A stretch of DNA of 64,000 nt, from positions 71,578-135,577 of the forward strand of contig BPCL01000004.1 of NCBI GenBank assembly GCA_019653755.1, given 5' to 3'. A model generated the notes under the pieces. That model was not told the origin of the DNA and did not search any database. It saw only the letters and a program-made list of their open reading frames with translations. Source of the stretch: Woeseia sp. Its GTDB lineage: Bacteria; Pseudomonadota; Gammaproteobacteria; Steroidobacterales; UBA11654. The position numbers and the translations under genes are program-made. Positions 38,516 through 49,007 of this stretch are shown in pieces. The stretch's first letter is position 1. The number at the start of each line of letters is the position of its first letter.

Positions 38516-39589
38516 ATGATAAAGAAAATATTAAAAATAATTGGCTGGATTGTTCTTTTCATTCTTCTATTCAGTCTATGGATGTTACAAAGAATGGACA
38601 CTTTTAAAACAATCACCAACAACACTCCTGAGGTTTGTGAAAGTTTTGCGATGAGCGGAAGTGCTGAGGATATTGAAATAGATTATGCTAGAGGCATTGC
38701 TTATCTTTCCATTCAAGATAGGGAAGCTTTAATCAAAGGAAAGAATACTCAGGGGTTTATAGGAAAGATTGATTTGAATAAAAAACCCTATGAACTGGTC
38801 TCTGCACTAACAGAGCAACCCGAACATCTGAGACCACACGGCCTAAGTTTACATATAGATAAAGCAGGCAAAAGACATCTAGCAGTAATCAATCATCCAA
38901 AAAACAGGGGCGATGAACCGGAGGTGATAGACCTATTTATCGAAACTAGCAATGGGTTGTTTGATTTTGTGAGAAGCGTCTCTGATCCTTTATTTCAAAG
39001 CCCAAACGATGTGCTTCTTGTTGAAAAAGAAAAATTTTATGTCGGGAATGACAAGGGTGGCATAAGCGCCGCAGATAAAATCCAAGAGCAAATGGGTAGA
39101 CCTATGTCAACGGTGGTGTTCTATGACGGAGAATCAGCAAGCATTGCCATGAAAAACCTATCTTCAGTGTCTGGCATTAACTTGTCACTGGATCAACAAA
39201 CTGTATATGCTTCAGAAACTAACGCAAAAAGGATGGCAATTTTGAAACGCGATCTGATGGACGGATCTTTAAAAAAAATAAAGACTGTAAAGTTGTCAGG
39301 ATCGCCAGATAACATTAATGTTTCGGAAGACGGTAGCTTGGTGATAGCAAATATTCCAAAAGTATTAGCACTAATACAGCATTTTATTGCGCTCCAGAAT
39401 AATGAATATAAACCGTCCCCTTCACAAGTGGTAAAGATAGATTTTGATGATCAAGGAAATCATTTGAGCAAGGAGCTCTTTATGAGTGATGGTTATGATA
39501 TGTCGACCACGAGTGTTGGAGCAATCTGGGCTGACAAATTATTCATGGGTTCAATTGATGACAAGCAAATGTATGTTTGCGAGTTATAA
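38516..39589 (+). CDS. Paraoxonase/arylesterase-like six-bladed beta-propeller (lactonase), N-terminally anchored
   Basis: GSAEDI, PHGLS, SPNDV, GINLS, VYASET, GSPDNI, LFMGS. Confidence 0.85.
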   Translation: MIKKILKIIGWIVLFILLFSLWMLQRMDTFKTITNNTPEVCESFAMSGSAEDIEIDYARGIAYLSIQDREALIKGKNTQGFIGKIDLNKKPYELVSALTEQPEHLRPHGLSLHIDKAGKRHLAVINHPKNRGDEPEVIDLFIETSNGLFDFVRSVSDPLFQSPNDVLLVEKEKFYVGNDKGGISAADKIQEQMGRPMSTVVFYDGESASIAMKNLSSVSGINLSLDQQTVYASETNAKRMAILKRDLMDGSLKKIKTVKLSGSPDNINVSEDGSLVIANIPKVLALIQHFIALQNNEYKPSPSQVVKIDFDDQGNHLSKELFMSDGYDMSTTSVGAIWADKLFMGSIDDKQMYVCEL

Positions 39590-39596
39590 TTAACAT

Positions 39597-40193
39597 ATGA
39601 ATAATTCAACCTTAAGTAATTTCGAAATACATGTCTCAACTGAGAGGACTCATCTTTCTCAAGTCAGAAGAGCTTTCACTAAGTCCCTAGAATTTGAAAA
39701 CACAGATCCTGGGTTAGTAAACTTTTTTGTTGTCTGCTCGAATTATCTCGAATTTGCATTGAATCGACTCATTGCTCAAGATTATATTTTGCATGATTTA
39801 CTTCTTCCCCATATCAAAAATGACAATACAGACTATCAAGATAAGCTTAAAAGCTTGCACAAAGGTCTCAAAGCCATGGAGTCATCTATAGAAAAACTTG
39901 GTGAGGCCAAAAATGAATTAGTTAAGTCTGGGCTTTATGGAATTGATCCCTTCAAAAATGAAGCACATGAATTCCTTGATGTATTCCTGAACTTACTCGC
40001 ATCTAATCGTCATTCTACTTATGATCTCGAAAAGAAGGTATTCACCTCTCAAGATTGGGAAAAAATAGCAGGAGTCAGTGAGGAAAGTATTAAAAATGAA
40101 CAATTACTTTATCAGGATATTAAACTCTCAGCACCAGAAGGTTGTGATCCTGAAAGTTTTCCTCCAATAGGACATCATGCAAAACCAGAATAA
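39597..40193 (+). CDS. Hypothetical all-helical protein, possibly hemerythrin-like
   Basis: Helical pattern; RLIAQD..LH and HSTYDLEKKVFTSQDW resemble HHE-domain spacing; tentative. Confidence 0.5.
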   Translation: MNNSTLSNFEIHVSTERTHLSQVRRAFTKSLEFENTDPGLVNFFVVCSNYLEFALNRLIAQDYILHDLLLPHIKNDNTDYQDKLKSLHKGLKAMESSIEKLGEAKNELVKSGLYGIDPFKNEAHEFLDVFLNLLASNRHSTYDLEKKVFTSQDWEKIAGVSEESIKNEQLLYQDIKLSAPEGCDPESFPPIGHHAKPE

Positions 40194-40983
40194 AAAAAAT
40201 TATGGTATTGCTTTATTCTTGATACTCATTGGTTTTACTTTCAATTCTCATGGAGATGAATTTGATAATGAACAGCCAACAGTATTAATCACAGGATCTA
40301 ATAGAAATATTGGACTTGAATTCGTGAAAGAATTCTCAAAAAGGAATTGGAATGTTATCGCTACAACTAGACGCCCGGATGATGCCAAAGAATTGAATAA
40401 ATTTGCAGCAAAAAATAATAATGTAAATATAGAGCTTCTTGATATCACCAATAATCAAGATATAAGTAATTTGGCTTCTAAGTATCAAAACCAAACTATA
40501 GATATCTTGCTCAATAATGCTGGATTAACACCTAGGTACTTGTCTGCATTTAGAAGATTGTCAGCTGTTGAGGAAGATATAGCCAGAGAGAGTTTTGAGA
40601 TCAACGCTCTTGGAACAATGAAGGTAATCCAAGCATTTATGAGTAATGTTGAACAATCAGATAATGGAAAAATTATAGCTCTTTCCAGCAAGGCTAGCTC
40701 CTTTGGAGAAAGGCTCAAGGTTCCAATGATGTATAGCTATGCCATGAGTAAAGCAGCGCTAAATAGTATGATTTATAGTTTATCTTTCGAAACAAAAAAG
40801 AAGAATATAATCGTTATATCATTATCTCCTGGTATGGTTAATACCACCCCTGGCACATCTCTTATGGGGGCAATAGAAATAGATGAAAGTGTGACTAAAA
40901 TGATGGTAGTAATAGAGAATCTGACTATGGAGCAAAATGGTTTATTTCTTGACTATGAGGATGGACGAACGATTGATTGGTAG
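40177..40983 (+). CDS. Short-chain dehydrogenase (CsgA/C-factor-like) with predicted signal peptide
   Basis: ITGSNRNIG, NNAG, YAMSK, SPGMVNT; N-terminus KKNYGIALFLILIGFTFNSHG. Confidence 0.88.
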   Translation: MQNQNKKNYGIALFLILIGFTFNSHGDEFDNEQPTVLITGSNRNIGLEFVKEFSKRNWNVIATTRRPDDAKELNKFAAKNNNVNIELLDITNNQDISNLASKYQNQTIDILLNNAGLTPRYLSAFRRLSAVEEDIARESFEINALGTMKVIQAFMSNVEQSDNGKIIALSSKASSFGERLKVPMMYSYAMSKAALNSMIYSLSFETKKKNIIVISLSPGMVNTTPGTSLMGAIEIDESVTKMMVVIENLTMEQNGLFLDYEDGRTIDW

Positions 40984-40988
40984 AAAGA

Positions 40989-42458
40989 TTAGGCCAAACC
41001 CATAACCTCGAAGGCAACCCTTTCTGAAGACTCCATAGCACCTTCCATTCCTCGATTTGCAACAGCGGTGTGCTCACCGCAAAAATGGATTTGTCCATGA
41101 CGATTGCCCACATGCTGACCAAATTTTGAAATTTGACCCGGTTGCCAATAAGCCCAATCTCCCTTGGAGTAAGGACTCTGATACCAGGAGTGGTAAGCAA
41201 GAGGTTCTAATTGATCCTTTGAACTAGGTCTCAGCTGCTCTATGGATTGAATAACAGTCGATATGGCATCTTGCCGATCCATCAAATCAAGTTGTTCAGC
41301 TATAGGGCCTCGCAACCAAACTGTAAGGCTATGCACTTGCTCTGGATTAGCAACATTGCGGTTAGCAATTACCAGTCCTGATAAACCGTCAGTAAACATA
41401 TTCGGACTCATCTCATCGCTTTCCCAAAAAGGAGATTTTGGAAGAAGATGCAGCATATTAATTTTTTGGGAATTAAGTTCTTCTATAGCTTCGGCCTGCA
41501 ATCCTTCGATAGCAGGAGCGATGTTAATTGTTCTTAGAACGGAAAAGGGCACTGAACATATGACATGATCTGCTTTGAAAATTGATCCATCTGCACAAAT
41601 AACTTCAGCTTTATTTGAAGATGTTTTGATCGCATCGACCCTCTTATTAAATAAGACTTCTTGATTAAGATTATTTGCCATGGCTTCAGGAATCATCATA
41701 TTGCCTCCTTCGGCCACTAAACTCGTTCTGAAACCTAGACTCATTTGAGAATTGAAGAATGAATTAACAAACATCAACATTAAAATTGAAACATCTTTGG
41801 CGTTATAACCATGACTGATGTTCATGTTGTATACCAAATCAATCGCTTTCTGATTAAGCCCTTGTGACTCTAGCCAATCATGAACAGAAATATCGTATTT
41901 AAAATTTTCCTCTTGCATCCAACCATCGGGAGATTTTAAGGGGTTCATTTTCCCTAAGAATTGTTGGAAGAAAGCATTAGGCGGAATCATTCTCATCTCT
42001 TTTGGCAAATTGTTTGATGGATGATCAGGCCAATCTTTCAAAGAAATAAACTCTCCATTAATTGCAAGTTGTTGCTGTCTGAAATAAGGCAGAACTGGGC
42101 TTAAATCATTAAGCTGAATATTAAAACGATTAGAAATATCTATAATTCGAGCATAACCAGAACCGAATGCAGTTCCTCCAGTTTCAGGATTACCTGGAAT
42201 CCCAGTCTCAGAAAGCACTCTACCACCAACCCTGTTGTCAGCTTCTAATACCCTTACCCTGTATCCCTCATCCTGAAGTATCGTAGCGGCATACAAACCA
42301 GACAGTCCTGCACCGATGATAATTACATCTGAAGAGCTTGAAGATCTTAGCTGAGTGGGTATAAGGGTAGTGATTGAAGCCGCAGCAAAGGTTTTAAGAG
42401 TCTCTCGTCTGTCTATGGATAAAATCTTGTTTTTTTTAGAATGTACTTGTTTGCTCAT
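40989..42458 (-). CDS. Tat-exported flavin monoamine oxidase family protein
   Basis: DRRETLK signal; IIGAGLSGL..LEADNRVGGR; HFCGEHT; GMEGAMES. Confidence 0.9.
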   Translation of the reverse strand: MSKQVHSKKNKILSIDRRETLKTFAAASITTLIPTQLRSSSSSDVIIIGAGLSGLYAATILQDEGYRVRVLEADNRVGGRVLSETGIPGNPETGGTAFGSGYARIIDISNRFNIQLNDLSPVLPYFRQQQLAINGEFISLKDWPDHPSNNLPKEMRMIPPNAFFQQFLGKMNPLKSPDGWMQEENFKYDISVHDWLESQGLNQKAIDLVYNMNISHGYNAKDVSILMLMFVNSFFNSQMSLGFRTSLVAEGGNMMIPEAMANNLNQEVLFNKRVDAIKTSSNKAEVICADGSIFKADHVICSVPFSVLRTINIAPAIEGLQAEAIEELNSQKINMLHLLPKSPFWESDEMSPNMFTDGLSGLVIANRNVANPEQVHSLTVWLRGPIAEQLDLMDRQDAISTVIQSIEQLRPSSKDQLEPLAYHSWYQSPYSKGDWAYWQPGQISKFGQHVGNRHGQIHFCGEHTAVANRGMEGAMESSERVAFEVMGLA

Positions 42459-44122
42459 TCTTTTAGGGTTAACAGTTGATTGATCCCTATATCGCTATAC
42501 TCACTGATTTTCCCAGAGGGCCACAGAACTTCTATTGAATCAACAATCGTGTTATCTGCAAGACCAAAATGCAATCTCAGGTCATTGGCTGAGTTATAGC
42601 CGTGAGCACTGGTGTGTTCACGATACTGAGTTAAGGAACCTGCGACCATTTTCACTCTTGCCCCATAAGCGTCTCGATTACTCTCAGTTCCCTCTAATTC
42701 TAATTTTATCCAATTACTATCATTGCCTTTGTTTCTAAGTAAATAATTACGGTCCGTAGAAGTAATTTGTTTACCGGCAGAATAAAAGGTTCTGTTGGTA
42801 AAGAATAAATCTAAAAAACCGTCATCATCAATATCGGCTGCACCAACTCCACTTCCAATGCCATATCCACTAGCTCTTGCGCGCCAAGTAAGATCTGAAA
42901 AAGTTAAATCTCCATTATTTCTGAAGAGTTTATTGACATCAGGCTCAATGGCAATGTAGAACTGCACAAAAATTGGCAAAGTTTCAATCACATCATTGAT
43001 TAGAGTGTCCTGAAAACCGCCGTTATTTACATATATATCCAGGAGTCCATCGTTATCAAAGTCTCCCATTGCACAGCCACGAGCACCTGACTTATGGCTA
43101 ATTCCTGAAGTTAATGAAATGTCTTTATAGCTGAGCTCACCGGTATCTGACAATTGACTAATGTATAAACGGTTTGATTGATCGGCAGTGGGTAGAAAGA
43201 CGTCCATATCCCCATCATTATCGATATCTCCTATACAAGCTCCGTTGGCATTACCCGGGTTTAAAAAGGCTGTTGCTGAAGGCGTTCTAAATGACGGTGT
43301 GATATTCTCAAAAGTCCCGTCACCCTGATTCAGGAGCATAATTTTTCGATCGCCCTCATTGGTCACCAGAAGATCAATAAGGCCATCTTGATTGACATCA
43401 GTCCAATTTGGAGAACCCTGTGAGTTGCCTTCAGTGACCATTTCGAGTATTGCTGTACCGGACTCTTCTGTGACGTCAGTAAATGTCCCGTCACCGTTGT
43501 TCCTAAAGAGTGCGTTATCTATATCATATTCCGCGCACTTCCAGTAAAGATCAAGATCGCCATCATTATCGTAATCTGCCCAAGCAACTCCTGCCCCTGT
43601 GTTTCCTATGCCGCCAATTTCTTGATCTTTTGGGTAGGCTTTCCTAAATAGGTTTGCTTCTCGAGACACATCTTCAAAATTTGCTTCGCCTGTCTCAATC
43701 AATAAATTCTTATATAAAGTAGTAGGGATATGAATGGATCTATCTGATGGAGGCATATTGGAGACGACCATATCCATGTCACCATCATTATCATAATCCC
43801 CCCATGAGGCTCCTCTACCGAGTCCGGTTTTATTATCTACACCTCTTTCGACAGCGACATCCTTAAATTTGCCATTGCCGTTATTCTCAAAGAGACGATT
43901 GCCTTGATTTGTTCCGTGATACTCGGTTGACACGTATATATCAATATCGCCATCATTATCGTAATCCACAAAACTAGGGCCTGTGCTATTGACACCTTCG
44001 TCAGCAACGCCTCGAAGAAAGCTATCATCTTTAAAGAGAATTGGAGAGGATGCAACCCAGACATAATACCCTGAGGTATATATAACAGTGCTTAAAACGA
44101 TGGTATAGATTATTTTTTTCAT
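42455..44122 (-). CDS. CRTAC1 / FG-GAP-repeat protein with C-terminal ASPIC-UnbV domain
   Basis: Seven DxDxDG.xD repeats; SNRDAYGARV, LHFGL, IEVLWPSG. Confidence 0.9.
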   Translation of the reverse strand: MKKIIYTIVLSTVIYTSGYYVWVASSPILFKDDSFLRGVADEGVNSTGPSFVDYDNDGDIDIYVSTEYHGTNQGNRLFENNGNGKFKDVAVERGVDNKTGLGRGASWGDYDNDGDMDMVVSNMPPSDRSIHIPTTLYKNLLIETGEANFEDVSREANLFRKAYPKDQEIGGIGNTGAGVAWADYDNDGDLDLYWKCAEYDIDNALFRNNGDGTFTDVTEESGTAILEMVTEGNSQGSPNWTDVNQDGLIDLLVTNEGDRKIMLLNQGDGTFENITPSFRTPSATAFLNPGNANGACIGDIDNDGDMDVFLPTADQSNRLYISQLSDTGELSYKDISLTSGISHKSGARGCAMGDFDNDGLLDIYVNNGGFQDTLINDVIETLPIFVQFYIAIEPDVNKLFRNNGDLTFSDLTWRARASGYGIGSGVGAADIDDDGFLDLFFTNRTFYSAGKQITSTDRNYLLRNKGNDSNWIKLELEGTESNRDAYGARVKMVAGSLTQYREHTSAHGYNSANDLRLHFGLADNTIVDSIEVLWPSGKISEYSDIGINQLLTLKE

Positions 44123-44142
44123 GGCTATAAAATATTTGCTCT

Positions 44143-45024
44143 TTAGGCAAATATCATAGCATCAAACATGGCACCTAATAAAAGTAAACCCAAATGTATG
44201 ATTGAAGCAAAAAAAGTCTTCTTGGCCCAAAGGCTATTTTGCTGTCTTAGAAGCTGAAAGCTAGTATAGAGAAAATAAAGCCCACCTGAGGCAGCAAAGA
44301 GCAAATAAACCCAATGCATAGAATAGAAAACCAGAGTAAAAGAAAGAAGCACAAGGAGTAATGTGTGCCAAAAAATTGCATGACTGGTAACAGAGATTGT
44401 TGATACAACTGGCAACATTGGAATTGAGGCTTTTTGGTAATCATCTTTAAAGCAAATTGAAAGTGCCCAAAAGTGAGGAGGCGTCCATAGAAAGAGAACG
44501 ACTGCTAAGATTAAAGCTGGAGGGGAAAAGGTATTCCCAGTAGCTGCTGAACCCACAAGTACAGCAAAACTTCCGGCTAAACCGCCAATAACAATATTCA
44601 TCCATGTTTTACGTTTTAACCAAACTGTATAAACAATTCCGTAGGTAAATATCCCCGCAAAGAGATACAAACTAGCTTCAATATTTGCAATCAAGTAGGT
44701 GAGATAAAGTGCGACCAAACTAATCAGAGTCAGCCAAATATTCCATGCATTAGAGGGTTCGAGTTCTTTCGTGACAAAAGGTCTTTCTTTTGTCCTATCC
44801 ATTAAGGAATCTATATCTCGTTCAAACCATTGATTAAATGCTCCTGATGTTGATGATGCGACCAACACGCAAATCGCTAAAGCTAGAATTTGCAGTGATG
44901 ATAAAGAGGAAGAAGGCGAAACAGCAATCCCAGCCAATGTACAAGCCATAATCAAAAAGCCTAGACGAACTTTTGCAGCTATATAAATCAGATTAATGGT
45001 TTTAGCGAAGGAACTATTTGGCAT
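44143..45024 (-). CDS. cyoE: Protoheme IX farnesyltransferase (heme O synthase)
   Basis: ERDIDSLMDRTKERP, YTVWLKRKT..NIVIGG, WTPPHFWAL, DYQKASIPMLP. Confidence 0.93.
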   Translation of the reverse strand: MPNSSFAKTINLIYIAAKVRLGFLIMACTLAGIAVSPSSSLSSLQILALAICVLVASSTSGAFNQWFERDIDSLMDRTKERPFVTKELEPSNAWNIWLTLISLVALYLTYLIANIEASLYLFAGIFTYGIVYTVWLKRKTWMNIVIGGLAGSFAVLVGSAATGNTFSPPALILAVVLFLWTPPHFWALSICFKDDYQKASIPMLPVVSTISVTSHAIFWHTLLLVLLSFTLVFYSMHWVYLLFAASGGLYFLYTSFQLLRQQNSLWAKKTFFASIIHLGLLLLGAMFDAMIFA

Positions 45025-45113
45025 TTATTTTCTTATCATTTCCTAAAAAATTGATGGGTATTATCAATGATATAAAAGAAAATTTGAATGAAAATATTTT
45101 TAATTTCTCAAGC

Positions 45114-46898
45114 TTATTTTTTTGATTTGATGCTAATACCTAATTCTTTAAGCTGACCTTTTCCAGCTTGACTTGGAGCATCGGTGAGCAAACAGCTGGC
45201 AGTTTGTGTTTTAGGGAAAGCGATAACATCTCTAATGCTAGTAGATTCAGTCATCAGCATAACTATCCGATCAATTCCAAAGGCTATTCCACCATGCGGT
45301 GGGCACCCGTATTTTAATGCTTCAAGGAAGAATCCAAACTTCTCACTTGCCTCTTCAGGGCTAATACCCAAGGTTTTAAAAACTGCAGATTGCATCTCCT
45401 GTGAATGAATTCTGATTGAACCTCCGCCAATTTCATTTCCATTCAGGACCATGTCATAGCCTAGAGAAATTGCACTTTTCGGATTAGCAATTAGATCCTG
45501 AGGGTCATCGTTAAGTGGCGAAGTAAAAGGATGGTGCTCAGATACCCACCTTTTTTCTTTAGGTTCCCAGTGAAACATTGGAAAGTCTGTAACCCAAAGC
45601 GGGTGCCAACCGGATTCAATTAAATCAAAATCTGTTGCTAATTTCTCTCTCAAAGCACCCAATGATGCATTAACTGTTTCTGCTTTATCAGCGCCAAAGA
45701 AAACAGTATCTCCGTCCTCTATACTTAGGCGATCGGTGAGTGAACTAATGCAATCTTCGTCTAGAAATTTGAGTATTGGTGATTGCATTCCTTTAACGCC
45801 TTCTTTTATAGCATTGACTCTAATATAAGCTAATCCCTTAGCGCCGTAATTGGATACAAATTCAGTGTAATCATCTATTTGTTTTCTAGAAATATCAGGC
45901 TTATTTTTCAAAACAAGGCATGCTACTCTTGAGTCTTCGTCGTTGGCCGGTTGAGAAAAGACTTTAAATTCGACATCCTTCATTAAATCACCAACATCAA
46001 TAAGCTCCATATCGATACCCAAATGAGGCCTATCACTGCCAAATCGCTTCATGCATTCCTCATAGCTAATCTGAGGGAACTCTTTCTCAAGCTTGAAATC
46101 AAGCACCTCTTTGAATAGGTTTTGGATCATATCTTCCATAATCCGTTTTACCTGATCCTGATTAACAAAAGCCATCTCAACATCGAGTTGTGTAAACTCT
46201 GGTTGTCGATCAGCCCTTAAATCCTCATCCCTAAAGCAACGAGCAATTTGATAATATTTATCAAAGCCAGACATCATTAACAGTTGTTTAAAAAGTTGTG
46301 GCGATTGAGGTAATGCAAAAAAATCTCCTTGTTGGGTCCGACTGGGAACCAGATAATCCCTAGCACCTTCTGGTGTAGCTTTGGTCAATATTGGTGTTTC
46401 TATTTCTAGAAATGATCGATCATCAAGAAAATTTCTTAACGATTTAATGATCCGATGTCTGAGTTTGAGGTTATCAGACATATTCTCACGCCTAAGATCA
46501 AGATACCTGTATCTCAATCGGGTATCTTCATTTGCTGATTCATCATGGTGGAACGGAGGGGTCAGAGATGCATTGAGAACTGTGCCTGTTTCTGCTAATA
46601 ATTCAACTTCTCCAGTTGCCATGTCTGGGTTAATGGTTCCTTCTGGTCTATTTCTTATGCTCCCGGTCACAGACAATACATATTCTGACCTTATGTTTTC
46701 TGCTTCAATAAAGAGTTCCTTGTTTGCCGGGTCAAAAACTAATTGCAGCAATCCCGAGGTATCTCTTAAATCAATAAAAATCACTCCTCCATGATCTCTG
46801 CGTCGATGCACCCAACCAGAAACAGTAACGGTTTCTCCAAGATTATTGGTACTAAGATCTTCGCAGTAATGACTTCTAAAATTTTTTTCTTCTGTCAT
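45114..46898 (-). CDS. aspS: Aspartate-tRNA ligase (probably non-discriminating)
   Basis: [62 protein letters not shown]. Confidence 0.97.
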   Translation of the reverse strand: MTEEKNFRSHYCEDLSTNNLGETVTVSGWVHRRRDHGGVIFIDLRDTSGLLQLVFDPANKELFIEAENIRSEYVLSVTGSIRNRPEGTINPDMATGEVELLAETGTVLNASLTPPFHHDESANEDTRLRYRYLDLRRENMSDNLKLRHRIIKSLRNFLDDRSFLEIETPILTKATPEGARDYLVPSRTQQGDFFALPQSPQLFKQLLMMSGFDKYYQIARCFRDEDLRADRQPEFTQLDVEMAFVNQDQVKRIMEDMIQNLFKEVLDFKLEKEFPQISYEECMKRFGSDRPHLGIDMELIDVGDLMKDVEFKVFSQPANDEDSRVACLVLKNKPDISRKQIDDYTEFVSNYGAKGLAYIRVNAIKEGVKGMQSPILKFLDEDCISSLTDRLSIEDGDTVFFGADKAETVNASLGALREKLATDFDLIESGWHPLWVTDFPMFHWEPKEKRWVSEHHPFTSPLNDDPQDLIANPKSAISLGYDMVLNGNEIGGGSIRIHSQEMQSAVFKTLGISPEEASEKFGFFLEALKYGCPPHGGIAFGIDRIVMLMTESTSIRDVIAFPKTQTASCLLTDAPSQAGKGQLKELGISIKSKK

Positions 46899-46915
46899 TC
46901 TATTTATAGATTCCT

Positions 46916-47527
46916 CTATTCTTTGCCGCCGATTGCTGGCACAACAACACCCAAGGAGATGATCATTTTTATTGCATCTTCCACACTCATTTCAAGTTCA
47001 ATGACCTCATCTTTGGACACCATAATGATATATCCCGAAGTTGGGTTAGGGGTTGTTGGAATATAGACGCAGACGACATCATCTCCAATCTTGCCTTTAA
47101 TTTCGCCCACCTCCTTAGAGGTCTGAAAACATAAGCTATAGACGCCTTTTCTAGGGTACTCAATCAACAATACTTTTGAGAATGATTGTGTCTGATCAGA
47201 TAACACAATCTCTGCAAACTTCTTAAGTGGGTTGTAGATACTTCTTATTAAAGGAATTTTGTCTAGAAGTTTTTCCCAAGCTTCAACCAATGTCTTACCC
47301 AGATAATTGGCTGCAATCAAACCCGTTCCCAATAGAATTATGATCGCTAGGATAATCCCAAACCCAGGTATTGAAAAACCCAAAAGATTTTCCGGTCTAA
47401 GACCTACTGGAATCAGTAAATAAGTCTGACCTAGTAAATCAATTAATAGTTTTACCGCAAAGATTGTTATGCCTAAAGGGATCCAAACCAATAGACCGGC
47501 TACGATTATTGTTCGTAATTTCTTCAT
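46916..47527 (-). CDS. DUF502 family membrane protein
   Basis: [34 protein letters not shown]; usual neighbour of aspS. Confidence 0.9.
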   Translation of the reverse strand: MKKLRTIIVAGLLVWIPLGITIFAVKLLIDLLGQTYLLIPVGLRPENLLGFSIPGFGIILAIIILLGTGLIAANYLGKTLVEAWEKLLDKIPLIRSIYNPLKKFAEIVLSDQTQSFSKVLLIEYPRKGVYSLCFQTSKEVGEIKGKIGDDVVCVYIPTTPNPTSGYIIMVSKDEVIELEMSVEDAIKMIISLGVVVPAIGGKE

Positions 47528-47545
47528 ATCATTCCAATTATTACA

Positions 47546-47861
47546 TTACTCAGCATCTTTGGCTGCTTTATCTTTAATTTTATCCTTCTTCTTTGTTTTT
47601 CCAGAATCGTTATCACTTTTTGAACTTTCTTTCCTTTTCAGGTTTTTCATCTTTTTGATCAGCTACATTTTTACGATTCTCTTTTTTAAAATCTGTCTCG
47701 TACCACCCTTCTCCTTTTAATCTGAAATTAGGTGCAGAAATCAGGCGCCTCAGAGAGTTTTTACCGCACTCAGGACAATCAACCAATGGCTTATCATTAA
47801 CCTTTTGAAGAGCATCAAGAACATGGTTGCAATCATCGCATTGATATTCATAAATTGGCAT
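47546..47861 (-). CDS. FmdB-family zinc-ribbon protein (frameshift in charged tail)
   Basis: MPIYEYQC..C, CPECG, FRLKGEGWYETDF. Confidence 0.9.
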
Positions 47862-47926
47862 AAGGCATAATTCTCATTAATTACATAAATAAAATCGAGT
47901 ATATTACGACAGAGTGAAGAAAAACT

Positions 47927-48919
47927 CTAAACTTTAATATCTGGAAAAGCTAAATTATTAATCGTTTTTTTATCCAAGGTATTGCCTGATAACTCTTTGA
48001 TAGTAAGCTCCATATCCTCTGGGAGATCACTAGAAAAAGACATTTGATCACCGGAAACTGGATGAATAAAATCAAGCTTGAAAGCATGTAGAGCTTGCCT
48101 CTTTATAGATCGAAGCTGTTTCATCAAACTCTCCTTTGCCGCTTTGGGGATGGTCAATCTTGTTCCATAAAGAGGGTCGCCTAAAATTGGATAACGAATG
48201 TGTGACATATGCACTCTAATCTGATGTGTTCGACCAGTCTCTAATTGAACCCCAACAAATGTGTAGCCAGATAGTTTTTTGAGAACTCTATAATGTGTCA
48301 CTGCATTTTTGCCATCCTCTGAAACTCTAAATTTAATCCGATTATTAGGGTCCCTTGATAAATGCTCATTAACAGTTCCCCCGCTCGTCATTTCACCAAC
48401 ACAAATAGCGCGGTATTCTCGTTTAATTAATCTTGATTGCATAGCGCTATTCAAAGAATTGTAGGCATTACTATTTTTTGCCACCATCAGTAACCCGCTT
48501 GTGTCTTTATCTAAGCGATGGATTAATCCTGCCCTAGGAAGAAATCTTAGTTCTTCATCATGAAACAATAGGCCATGTTGAAGTGTTGAATCATAATTAC
48601 CATGCCCAGGATGAACAACTAGACCTTGAGGCTTATTAACAATAATTAAATCATTATCTTCATAAATAATATCAAGGTTGATTTTTTGAGGCTCAATCTC
48701 ACTACGCTCTTTTAAGACAGGCACCACTTTAATCTGTTGCCCATCTTGGACTTTAGTACTAGGTTTAACTATCTGATTTTCAAGAAGAATATTCCCTGAT
48801 TCAATCCAATCCTGAATTATGACACGAGAGTATTCAGATAGTTTTGAACTAACCACCTTATCGATTCTCTGATTATGTTCATCAGAGGTAACTAAAAATT
48901 CTATTGCATCTTCATTCAT
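47927..48919 (-). CDS. rluD: 23S rRNA pseudouridine synthase RluD
   Basis: S4 domain, NKPQGLVVHPG, HRLDKDTSG, LETGRTHQIRVH; divergent from bamD. Confidence 0.95.
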   Translation of the reverse strand: MNEDAIEFLVTSDEHNQRIDKVVSSKLSEYSRVIIQDWIESGNILLENQIVKPSTKVQDGQQIKVVPVLKERSEIEPQKINLDIIYEDNDLIIVNKPQGLVVHPGHGNYDSTLQHGLLFHDEELRFLPRAGLIHRLDKDTSGLLMVAKNSNAYNSLNSAMQSRLIKREYRAICVGEMTSGGTVNEHLSRDPNNRIKFRVSEDGKNAVTHYRVLKKLSGYTFVGVQLETGRTHQIRVHMSHIRYPILGDPLYGTRLTIPKAAKESLMKQLRSIKRQALHAFKLDFIHPVSGDQMSFSSDLPEDMELTIKELSGNTLDKKTINNLAFPDIKV

Positions 48920-49007
48920 CTAATCTATTATGCTTGATTTGATTTCACTTATTTTAGGCTATAATTCCATACTTAGAACGTCTAAAAAAGAAAAGAGAAC
49001 TTAAATT

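Noticed and set aside
42455-44122. Recurrent CCATCATTATC-like DNA repeats as a CRISPR or tandem array
   Set aside because: They encode the DxDxDG FG-GAP protein repeats; spacing is irregular and no cas genes are present
625-44122. Island as a mobile element or a natural-product biosynthetic cluster
   Set aside because: No integrase, transposase, tRNA or att repeat and no scaffold synthase (NRPS, PKS, RiPP precursor) seen; importers and CoA-funnelling enzymes favour catabolism
45059-45075. Possible tenth operator TATTATCAATGATATAA upstream of cyoE
   Set aside because: The spacer is 1 nt rather than 2 and the flanks are weak; it would fit only if a homopolymer base was dropped, which cannot be verified here
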